Assembly: GCA_965140445.1 (NCBI GenBank)
Contig: OZ223236.1
Span: 4,928,001-4,992,000 of the forward strand
Direction of reading: 5' to 3'
Source of the DNA: Candidatus Ozemobacteraceae bacterium
GTDB taxonomy: Bacteria; Muiribacteriota; Ozemobacteria; Ozemobacterales; Ozemobacteraceae
Length of the DNA: 64,000 nt
Each line of letters opens with the position of its first letter. Positions within the stretch are counted from its first letter, which is position 1. The notes beneath the pieces were generated by a model, which did no database searches, was not told where the DNA came from, and saw only the letters and a list, made by a program, of their open reading frames with translations. The position numbers were made by a program, and so were the translations under genes. Below are positions 1 through 7,802 of the stretch, piece after piece.

Positions 1-1796
1 AAAAACAAAAAAGACTAAGGTCTGGAAAATCGCTTTCCGAAAAAGCTGACTGGTGGGCAATTTTAAAGCCAGAACTGGAAAACATAATTCAAACAGTAAT
101 GGCTAAATACGGCAAAGAAGCAGGGAACCAGCCTGAAACCAGCAAAAAGCTATTTGACCCAAAACTTCTGCAATTACAAGATTCTTTCGCAATGTCTAAA
201 GCGCTTACAGAACTAAAAAAGAGGGATAATAATTTCGACTCCAATCAATTTCTAAAAAAAGTTGATAAAATCTTTTTGAAGGTTCAGAAAGCCTGGTATG
301 AGCAAAAATCAGAGAGTGTTCAACATATGATTTCAGATGCGCTATATGAACAGCTAAAATGCCAGGAAGAAGAACAAAAGGCTAATGGCATTAAGTTTAC
401 CTATAAAGACATGGTCATCCAGAACACGAGAATAGCCCAGGTAAATTCAGACCAGAACTTTGATGTTATACACGTTTTTATAAGAGCAAATTCCAGAGAC
501 TCAATAATTGATCTGGAAACAAATGAGGTCCTGGCTGAAAATGAAGAAAACAGAGATTTTGCAGAATACTGGACTTTTCTCAGACGTCCTACAGCTAAAA
601 CTTTAAATAAGCCAGATCTACTTTCTTCTAGTTGCCCCAACTGCGGAAACCCAATAAAAATTGGGCAGGTAACTGTCTGCGAAATTTGTAAATCGTACCT
701 CCGCTCCGGTGAATATGATTGGGTACTTGCAAAAATAACCCAGGCTGGTGAATGGGAATATACCGAACCATCTAGATTGCCAGACTGGGATAAAGTTAAA
801 GAAATGGACCCCGACTTTACTATCCAGGCCATTGAGGATTTGGGCGGGGTAATTTTCTGGAAAACCCATCAAGCGGAAAGAATGAAAAAACCAGAAATTA
901 TTAAAAGGTTTACCACCGAGATCCTTGGCAAAAACTTTTCAAAAGTTAGAAGTCAAAACTGCCTTAATTGTAATTACGTAGAAAATATATCGTTAGGTTC
1001 TGTTAGATTAAGAGGTTTTAAGATAGGTGAAAAGTGGGATAAGATTTTCCTGCTGGTTTCATGGAACGGAGTCCCGGTAAGACTTGATTCTTCAGGAAAA
1101 ACACTTCCCGACAAACGCATGAATCGGATTTTCAGAGATTTATTTGTTCTTACAAGAAAACATGGTGCCAAATCCAATCTCAAAAATGCTATTACCAGCT
1201 CACATTGTCCAAGTTGTGGAGCCAACACCGAATCAAGCTTTGCCACATCCTGTGAATACTGTGGATCTTCTTTAAATGAGGGTTCCAAAAGTTGGATTCT
1301 GGAGAAAGTTACTACAGAACGTGACGGCGAATACCTGGACTCTATCAGCCGCCCCAGAAAAAAGATATCTGATGACGAATGTCTCAGCACTGAACAAAGA
1401 TCTGCTCGGGACATAGTAACAATTACTGCCCAGCTACTGTTAGCTGATGGAGTAATTGATCCTGATGAAGTAAATCTTCTAAATAAAATTGCCAGTTCCC
1501 ATGGAATGTCCCAAAAGGACGTTGATTCAATCATCGAAAACCTGAAAAGCGGATTGGTCTATATTCCAGCCCCTAAAGATAATCGCCAGTCCTGGGAACT
1601 TTTGCTTCACGCTACAAGAATGGCTTTGGCCGATGGAACAATAGATGATTCTGAAGAAAAGTCTCTTATAAGTCTCGCAAAACACATCGGTTATACAGAA
1701 ATGGACGTAAAGCGCGCCAGAAAAGTTGAAGAAAAAAGCTACAACGCTCAACAAAGGCAAAAAGAAATGGAAGCCCGCAAGAAAGCACGGCAATAG
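1..1796 (+). CDS. Tim44-like domain protein with two double-CxxC zinc ribbons and C-terminal TerB-like domain (5'-truncated)
   Basis: Frame is open from base 3 to the ATG at 99, so the gene probably starts upstream. Tim44-like segment (FDSNQFLKKVDKIFLKVQKAW...EYWTFLR). Zinc ribbons CPNCG..CEIC and CPSCG..CEYC. TerB motifs ADGVIDPDE and ADGTIDDSE. Confidence 0.75.
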   Translation, partial: KQKRLRSGKSLSEKADWWAILKPELENIIQTVMAKYGKEAGNQPETSKKLFDPKLLQLQDSFAMSKALTELKKRDNNFDSNQFLKKVDKIFLKVQKAWYEQKSESVQHMISDALYEQLKCQEEEQKANGIKFTYKDMVIQNTRIAQVNSDQNFDVIHVFIRANSRDSIIDLETNEVLAENEENRDFAEYWTFLRRPTAKTLNKPDLLSSSCPNCGNPIKIGQVTVCEICKSYLRSGEYDWVLAKITQAGEWEYTEPSRLPDWDKVKEMDPDFTIQAIEDLGGVIFWKTHQAERMKKPEIIKRFTTEILGKNFSKVRSQNCLNCNYVENISLGSVRLRGFKIGEKWDKIFLLVSWNGVPVRLDSSGKTLPDKRMNRIFRDLFVLTRKHGAKSNLKNAITSSHCPSCGANTESSFATSCEYCGSSLNEGSKSWILEKVTTERDGEYLDSISRPRKKISDDECLSTEQRSARDIVTITAQLLLADGVIDPDEVNLLNKIASSHGMSQKDVDSIIENLKSGLVYIPAPKDNRQSWELLLHATRMALADGTIDDSEEKSLISLAKHIGYTEMDVKRARKVEEKSYNAQQRQKEMEARKKARQ

Positions 1797-1898
1797 CTTA
1801 ACATCTAAAGATAATAGCTAAAATATATCCCCAGAAAAAGAAATCTCAGGGTGACAGGAAAATAGTTATGCTGAGGTTTTTATTTTTGAAAAAAATCA

Positions 1899-1934
1899 AA
1901 ACTGTTAGCTAAACTGTTAGCTAAATTGTTAGCT
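1899..1934. repeat. Three tandem 12-bp direct repeats AAA(C/T)TGTTAGCT
   Basis: aaactgttagct aaactgttagct aaattgttagct read directly. Confidence 0.9.
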
Positions 1935-2020
1935 GTTTTTCTTTTTAAAGAAAAAAGTGATCCAGGCTAAGTTCCATTTTAGCTCTGCGCCACGCAACAA
2001 CACAAACTTTCTAAAATAAA

Positions 2021-2047
2021 AAAAGCACCGCCAAAAGCGGTGCTTTT
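2021..2047 (-). terminator. Intrinsic terminator of tRNA operon
   Basis: AAAAGCACCGC-N5-GCGGTGCTTTT inverted repeat with T-tract on minus strand just after tRNA-Lys(CTT). Confidence 0.85.
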
Positions 2048-2051
2048 AAAA

Positions 2052-2124
2052 TAGACCATACAGGATTCGAACCTGTGACCCACTGATTAAGAGTCAGTTG
2101 CTCTACCAACTGAGCTAATGATCC
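2052..2124 (-). tRNA. tRNA-Lys(CTT)
   Basis: Cloverleaf GGATCATTAGCTCAGTTGGTAGAGCAACTGACT-CTT-AATCAGTGGGTCACAGGTTCGAATCCTGTATGGTCTA; no encoded CCA. Confidence 0.93.
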
Positions 2125-2133
2125 ATAAAGGTC

Positions 2134-2161
2134 AAAGAGGGATACCGAAGTATCCCTCTTT
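2134..2161 (-). terminator. Internal hairpin with C(UUCG)G tetraloop between the two tRNA-Lys genes
   Basis: AAAGAGGGATAC-TTCG-GTATCCCTCTTT on minus strand, 12-bp perfect stem. Confidence 0.6.
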
Positions 2162-2165
2162 TGAG

Positions 2166-2237
2166 TGAGCCGTGTTGGATTTGAACCAACGACCCTCTGC
2201 TTAAAAGGCAGATGCTCTACCCCTGAGCTAACGGCCC
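2166..2237 (-). tRNA. tRNA-Lys(TTT)
   Basis: GGGCCGTTAGCTCAG...TCTGCCT-TTT-AAGCAGA...GGTTCAAATCCAACACGGCTCA. Confidence 0.95.
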
Positions 2238-2248
2238 GTATAACAAAT

Positions 2249-2322
2249 CGCGCCTGGAAGGATTCGAACCCTCAGCCTACAGATCCGAAGTCTGTCGCTC
2301 TATCCAGTTGAGCTACAAGCGC
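2249..2322 (-). tRNA. tRNA-Arg(TCG)
   Basis: GCGCTTGTAGCTCAACTGGATAGAGCGACAGACT-TCG-GATCTGT...GGTTCGAATCCTTCCAGGCGCG. Confidence 0.93.
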
Positions 2323-2327
2323 TAGAG

Positions 2328-2400
2328 GGACAAAGACGGGACTCGAACCCGCAACTCCTAGATCCACAATCTAGTGCACTACCATTGTGCTACTCTGTCC
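2328..2400 (-). tRNA. tRNA-His(GTG)
   Basis: Anticodon arm CTAGATT-GTG-GATCTAG; encoded G-1 opposite C73. Confidence 0.93.
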
Positions 2401-2430
2401 ATGTAGACCGTTCGAACTTCCAAACTTCAT

Positions 2431-2504
2431 CGCGCCAGAGAGGACTTGAACCCCTGGCCCGCAGCTTAGAAGGCTGCTGCTCTATCCAGCTGAGCTACTG
2501 GCGC
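2431..2504 (-). tRNA. tRNA-Arg(TCT)
   Basis: GCGCCAGTAGCTCAGCTGGATAGAGCAGCAGCCT-TCT-AAGCTGC...GGTTCAAGTCC. Confidence 0.95.
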
Positions 2505-2521
2505 AACCGTCGTTAAACGAG

Positions 2522-2594
2522 AGCGGGAAACGAGACTTGAACTCGCGACATCCACCTTGGCAAGGTGGCGCTCTACCAACTGAGCTATTCCCGC
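2522..2594 (-). tRNA. tRNA-Gly(GCC)
   Basis: GCGGGAATAGCTCAGTTGGTAGAGCGCCACCTT-GCC-AAGGTGG...TTCCCGCT. Confidence 0.95.
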
Positions 2595-2611
2595 ACATGC
2601 ATCGCGTGCAA

Positions 2612-2684
2612 TCGGGGCGACTGGACTTGAACCAGCGGCCCCCTGGTCCCAAACCAGGTGCGCTACCAACTGCGCCACGCCCCG
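2612..2684 (-). tRNA. tRNA-Pro(TGG)
   Basis: CGGGGCGTGGCGCAGTTGGTAGCGCACCTGGTT-TGG-GACCAGG...CGCCCCGA. Confidence 0.95.
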
Positions 2685-2712
2685 AGGGCTTACATTGCGT
2701 TGCAATGGAGCT

Positions 2713-2741
2713 ATATTAGCAAAGTTTGGTTTGCGGGTCAA
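2713..2741 (-). promoter_or_regulatory. Sigma70-type promoter of tRNA operon
   Basis: TTGACC-17 bp-TAATAT with extended -10 TG and upstream A-tracts (UP-like). Confidence 0.75.
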
Positions 2742-3066
2742 GCCTTTTTTTATTTTTTTTTACACTTATTTTTTTATCCTTCTAAGATTCGCTTCAATTC
2801 AGATATTTTTCTAAATATTTTTTTTGAGTGTACATAGTTTTTTGCTATTTTTTCTTTGAGACTGGACAAGATTTAGCAAAATCTTTCACCAAAAATCACT
2901 TGGTTGATATTTATTTCACAAGCAACGATTAAAACCATTAAAGAATTAAAATGCTTTGCCAGAAACAAAAAATACTACAAAACATAGCCAACCTTCAAAG
3001 TCGTCAAAGCCTTTATAATAGACATTAAAGATTGGAACCAGCAGGTTTTCGGACAGCTTTTACAGG

Positions 3067-3095
3067 TTGTTAATCCACCCCATTTCTGGTACAGT
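3067..3095 (+). promoter_or_regulatory. Possible sigma70 promoter of polysaccharide operon
   Basis: TTGTTA-17 bp-TACAGT with TG extension. Confidence 0.35.
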
Positions 3096-3131
3096 TCCAA
3101 GACCATACTCTATATTGACAGGCAGGGATAA

Positions 3132-4325
3132 ATGAAACAGATATGCGTAATTGGACTGGGATACATAGGGCTTCCCACAAGCGCCATACTAGCAGCTAAA
3201 GGATACAGCGTCCTCGGCATTGATGTTAACAGCAAAGTAGTTGAAACAATAAATAACGGTAAGATTCACATTACCGAGCCAGACCTTGATCTTTTTGTAA
3301 GAGCTGCGGTGGAATCGAAAAAACTTAAAGCTTCAACGAAGCCTGAAAAAGCTGATGCCTTTATAATTGCGGTTCCAACACCATTTAAGGCCGATCACAA
3401 ACCAGACATGTCTTATGTCAAACAAGCTACAGAAGCAATTTTACCAGTTCTTCAAAACGGAAATCTGGTAATTCTCGAGTCTACATCCCCACCCCAGACC
3501 TGTGAAAAAATCATTGCCCCAATAATTGAAGCAGCAGGCTTCAAACCAGGCACAGATATATTCATAGCACATTGCCCCGAACGAGTCCTTCCCGGTCAGA
3601 TCATGAGAGAAGTTGTCGAAAACGATAGAGTAATTGGTGGTATTAATGAAGAATCTGCCATAAAAGCTAAAGAACTTTATTCAACCTTTGTAAAAGGCCA
3701 AATTCACCTTACAGACGCCACAACTGCTGAAATGGCTAAATTAGTAGAAAATAGCTTCAGAGATGTGAATATTGCATTTGCTAATGAGTTATCAATTATT
3801 TGCGAGAAACTTGGCCTGAATGTCTGGGAGCTGATAAAACTTGCCAATCTGCATCCCAGAGTAAACATTCTCAGACCTGGGCCTGGTGTTGGTGGGCATT
3901 GTATTGCGGTCGACCCCTGGTTTATTGTGGATGCCTGCCCAAACGAATCAAGATTAATTTCGACGGCCAGGCATGTTAACGACAGCAAACCTGGTTTTGT
4001 GGTAAATCGCATAAAAAGAGCGGCAGATAGATTTAAGAATCCAGTAATAGGCTTGATGGGCCTTTCCTACAAACAGGATATTGAAGATTTGCGGGAATCT
4101 CCTGCTGTTGAGATTGCCAGGGAGCTGCAAAAAGACAACCCGGGAACGCTTCTTGTATGTGAACCACATTGCACTGAAATAGAAGGGTTTGATCTGGCAA
4201 ATCTGGATAGAGTTATTAACGAGGCAGACATTATTGTTCTTCTCGTTCCCCATAAACAATTTAAGAATATTGATAAAGAAATTCTCAAACAAAAAATCGT
4301 AATAGATACATGTGGAATATGGTGA
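3132..4325 (+). CDS. wecC: UDP-N-acetyl-D-mannosamine dehydrogenase
   Basis: GLGYIGLPT Rossmann motif, AVPTPF, HCPERVLPG, GPGVGGHCIAVDPWF. Confidence 0.92.
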   Translation: MKQICVIGLGYIGLPTSAILAAKGYSVLGIDVNSKVVETINNGKIHITEPDLDLFVRAAVESKKLKASTKPEKADAFIIAVPTPFKADHKPDMSYVKQATEAILPVLQNGNLVILESTSPPQTCEKIIAPIIEAAGFKPGTDIFIAHCPERVLPGQIMREVVENDRVIGGINEESAIKAKELYSTFVKGQIHLTDATTAEMAKLVENSFRDVNIAFANELSIICEKLGLNVWELIKLANLHPRVNILRPGPGVGGHCIAVDPWFIVDACPNESRLISTARHVNDSKPGFVVNRIKRAADRFKNPVIGLMGLSYKQDIEDLRESPAVEIARELQKDNPGTLLVCEPHCTEIEGFDLANLDRVINEADIIVLLVPHKQFKNIDKEILKQKIVIDTCGIW

Positions 4326-4329
4326 TTAA

Positions 4330-5835
4330 ATGAAAGTATTATTAATAGACCCCCCATTCAAAAGCTTTGCAGGTATATTCAGCCTTTACTTCCCTCTGGG
4401 ATTAACTTACATAGCTGGTGCGGCAAAGCAAGCTGGCCACGAATGCAAGATTTTAGACGTGGATGCCGCCGAACCCAAAGCTGGATCCCTGGACTTTACA
4501 AAGGAATATGAAAATTATTCTAATTATGTTCAAGCATTAAATGACCACCAACACCCCACATGGGAGCTAATGCTCCAGATAGTAAAAAAAGAGTCGCCAG
4601 ATGTAATTGGGATTTCAGCAATGACAACCAAATTCGGATCTGTGATTCAAACTGCAAGATTCTGCAAGGAAGTACTACCCGATGTTCCTATAATAATCGG
4701 AGGTGCTCATGCCAGCACGATGCCAGAACTTACCATGGAAATTCCCGAAGCCGACTTTGCTTTAAGAGGCGAAAGTGACGAGTCTTTCCCGGAGCTTTTA
4801 AATGCTATTAGAGATAAATCAGATTTTGCAAAAATAGATGGTCTGAGTTGGAAAAAAGATGGCAAGGTAATTCATAATAAAGAAAGAGAATTGGTTAAAG
4901 ACTTGAATTCTGTGCCAATTCCAGATCGCAGTGCTCTTATGAACCCAGAAAACTATTCCACTGAAGATATGGGAATAATTCTGACTTCCAGAGGTTGTCC
5001 TTTCAGGTGCAGCTATTGTTTCCACATGTGGGACAAAAAAGTTAGATACAGAAGTGTGTCTTCGGTTATTGAAGAGATTATGCTTGTTCATAAGCAATTT
5101 GGTACAACCCAATTCTCGATAAAGGATGATTCCTTTACGGTTCGCAAAAACCATGTTCTTGATCTTTGCAATGAGTTTAAAAAGCTGCCTTTCAAAATTA
5201 CTTTCAACTGTACAACCAGAGTTGATCTGCTTGATGATGAGTTATTAACTGCCATGAAAGATGCTGGCTGTGCTCAGGTAGCTCTGGGAATCGAATCCGG
5301 CTCACCAAAGATATTAAAAGAAACCGACAAAGACATCAGCCTGGAACAAGTAATGAAAGCATCTGAAATTCTTAACAAGCACAAGCTTTTCTGGACCGGG
5401 TATTTCATGATTGGCTTACCAAATGAAACAGAAAAAGATATCCGGATGACTATGAACTTCCTGAAAAAAGTTAAGCCATTTTATGGTGGACTCGGAGTCT
5501 ATAGCCCATTCCCACGAACCAAGCTTTTTGATCAAGGCGTAGAATTAGATCTTCTGGACCCAAACCCTGGGTTAGAACACTTCTTAACGACAAACCCGAA
5601 AGATCTTTTTTTTAAAAATCCTCGGAAAAGGCTGTTGTATATTGAACATGAAAAGTTCAACAAAATTGCCGCTGAAGCTTCTCAAGTTTTTAACAAGCAC
5701 AACACTAACCTGTTTAACATGGCTAGAAGAGGCTTTGCCAGACGCAAGGCTTATATGTATGACCCAGCCCTCCTAAAAAGAGATCTTGGTAAAGCAGCAG
5801 ACTTTCTTGGGCTAAGCAAACTCTGGAAAAAATAG
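4330..5835 (+). CDS. Cobalamin-binding radical SAM protein
   Basis: N-terminal B12-binding domain (PLGLTYIA, VIGISAMT, IIGGAHAS); SRGCPFRCSYC CxxxCxxC; GIESGS. Confidence 0.9.
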   Translation: MKVLLIDPPFKSFAGIFSLYFPLGLTYIAGAAKQAGHECKILDVDAAEPKAGSLDFTKEYENYSNYVQALNDHQHPTWELMLQIVKKESPDVIGISAMTTKFGSVIQTARFCKEVLPDVPIIIGGAHASTMPELTMEIPEADFALRGESDESFPELLNAIRDKSDFAKIDGLSWKKDGKVIHNKERELVKDLNSVPIPDRSALMNPENYSTEDMGIILTSRGCPFRCSYCFHMWDKKVRYRSVSSVIEEIMLVHKQFGTTQFSIKDDSFTVRKNHVLDLCNEFKKLPFKITFNCTTRVDLLDDELLTAMKDAGCAQVALGIESGSPKILKETDKDISLEQVMKASEILNKHKLFWTGYFMIGLPNETEKDIRMTMNFLKKVKPFYGGLGVYSPFPRTKLFDQGVELDLLDPNPGLEHFLTTNPKDLFFKNPRKRLLYIEHEKFNKIAAEASQVFNKHNTNLFNMARRGFARRKAYMYDPALLKRDLGKAADFLGLSKLWKK

Positions 5836-5852
5836 ACAGGAATTAAAATCAA

Positions 5853-7781
5853 ATGTGTGGCATTTCAGGATTTTCAGGCAACTATGGTCTAGAGCTTCTT
5901 TCCAAAATGGTAAAAGCTGTAGAACATAGGGGTCCCGATTCATTTGGGACCGAGTTTTTTCCAGACCACAAAGTAGGTCTCGGACACACAAGGCTCTCAA
6001 TTATCGACCTTTCAAAAGACGGTCACCAGCCAATGTGCAGTCAGGACAAGCGCTTTTGGCTGACCTATAATGGGGAGATTTATAATTACCGAGAGTTAAG
6101 AGCAGAACTGAAAGCCGAAGGTTACCAATTTAAAAGCCAGACAGACTCTGAGGTTCTTATAAACCTCTATCGCAGAGACGGGCACGATATGTTGAAAAAG
6201 CTGAATGGCATTTTTGCTTTCGCAATTTTCGACACCGAAACATCCGAACTCTTTTTGTCTAGAGACGGGTTGGGAGTCAAGCCTCTCTATATGGGGGAAA
6301 CCTCAAACGGGCTTCTCTATTCCTCCGAGTTAAAAGCCTTGCTCTGCTGCCCGGAACTTTCCCGAGAATTGGACCCACAATCCTTGAATCGTTATCTAAC
6401 GTTCATTTGGTGTCCCTCACCGGGAACAATGTTCAAGAAAGTAAAAAAACTAGAGCCAGGAACTGCATGTGTTATCAAACACGGAAAAATCGTAAAAAAA
6501 TGGCATTGGTATAACCTGCCTTACAACGGCAAACGCCTTGAAGGCACCGAAAATGAAATTGCCAACATGCTCACCAGTCACCTTGAAACAGCTGTTGAGC
6601 GCCAACTTGTATCAGATGTTCCGGTAGGTGCTTTTCTCTCTGGTGGCCTCGATTCCAGTTCGATTGTAGCAATGATGAGAAAGCTTCACCCTGATCAAAG
6701 ATTCAAGTGCTATAGCATCGGTTTTGAAGACGGTGAAGATGTGGAAGGCTGCCCAGCCGATTTACCTTACGCGGAACTTGCTGCAAAGCATTTAAATGTT
6801 GATCTGGAAAAAATAACCATCAAGCCAAATCAACTTATTGAAAGACTTGCTGAACTGATGTGGTTTTTAGATGAACCGCAAGCAGACCCTGCACCGGTAA
6901 ATGCCATGTTTATTGCAGAAAAAGCCAGAAATGATGGAGTAAAAGTATTGTTATCCGGGGCTGGCGGGGATGATATTTTCACAGGATATCGTCGACATGT
7001 TGCCATGAGCACTGAGAAATACTGGAACTGGCTATCTCCAAAAGCCTTAAAAAAGTTGCACAACCTTAGTATGAGGTTTGGAGACGTTCGAAATCCCTGG
7101 ATAAGACGCATAAGAAAGCTTCTGGAAAATGCCCATCTTCCTTTTGAAGACAGACTTATTGGCTATTTTAAATGGTCGTCAGATGAAACCAGAGCCGGAC
7201 TTCTCAATCCTGAGCTTTTCGATAACAATCCACTCGAAGCTCCGGAACTGCCACTCAAGCAAAGTTTAGTCTCAATTGCCGATGAGAAAGACCCCATAAA
7301 CCAGATGCTATATCTGGACAGTAAGTTCTTTCTTGTGGATCATAACCTGAATTATTCAGATAAGACCTGTATGAGGTATGGAGTTGAAGCACGTGTTCCT
7401 CTGCTTGACCCTGATTTGGTAGAGTTTGCTGCAAAAATTCCAACAGCAATGAAACAAAAAGGAAATGTTGGAAAAGCAATTTTCAAAAAAGCAATGGAAC
7501 CATACCTTCCTCACAACCTAATTTACCGACCAAAAACTGGCTTTGGAGCCCCTTTAAGAAAGTGGATCAGAAATGATCTAAAAGATATTATCGCTGAACT
7601 TCTTTCTGAAAGCTCATTAAAGAAAAGGGGGCTTTTTAATCCAAAAGCGGTTAAAAAACTAATTGAAGATGACATAAATGGAAAAATTGATGGCGGTTAC
7701 GTTATTCTTTCCATTCTCTGCGTAGAAATATGGTGCCAGTTGTTTCTGGACGGCGTTTCTTACACTGACATTAAAATTTGA
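5853..7781 (+). CDS. asnB: Asparagine synthase (glutamine-hydrolysing) family amidotransferase, probably a sugar amidotransferase
   Basis: MCGI N-terminus, HRGPD, NGEIYNY, LSGGLDSS, EARVPLLD. Confidence 0.92.
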   Translation: MCGISGFSGNYGLELLSKMVKAVEHRGPDSFGTEFFPDHKVGLGHTRLSIIDLSKDGHQPMCSQDKRFWLTYNGEIYNYRELRAELKAEGYQFKSQTDSEVLINLYRRDGHDMLKKLNGIFAFAIFDTETSELFLSRDGLGVKPLYMGETSNGLLYSSELKALLCCPELSRELDPQSLNRYLTFIWCPSPGTMFKKVKKLEPGTACVIKHGKIVKKWHWYNLPYNGKRLEGTENEIANMLTSHLETAVERQLVSDVPVGAFLSGGLDSSSIVAMMRKLHPDQRFKCYSIGFEDGEDVEGCPADLPYAELAAKHLNVDLEKITIKPNQLIERLAELMWFLDEPQADPAPVNAMFIAEKARNDGVKVLLSGAGGDDIFTGYRRHVAMSTEKYWNWLSPKALKKLHNLSMRFGDVRNPWIRRIRKLLENAHLPFEDRLIGYFKWSSDETRAGLLNPELFDNNPLEAPELPLKQSLVSIADEKDPINQMLYLDSKFFLVDHNLNYSDKTCMRYGVEARVPLLDPDLVEFAAKIPTAMKQKGNVGKAIFKKAMEPYLPHNLIYRPKTGFGAPLRKWIRNDLKDIIAELLSESSLKKRGLFNPKAVKKLIEDDINGKIDGGYVILSILCVEIWCQLFLDGVSYTDIKI

Positions 7782-7802
7782 TACAAACAAAAGGGAAACA
7801 GC

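Noticed and set aside
1899..1934. CRISPR array or iteron origin
   Set aside because: The 12-bp units have no spacers, and no cas or rep gene is nearby.
2466..2741. ORFs 2466-2741 (-) and 2537-2719 (+)
   Set aside because: They are translations of tRNA genes.
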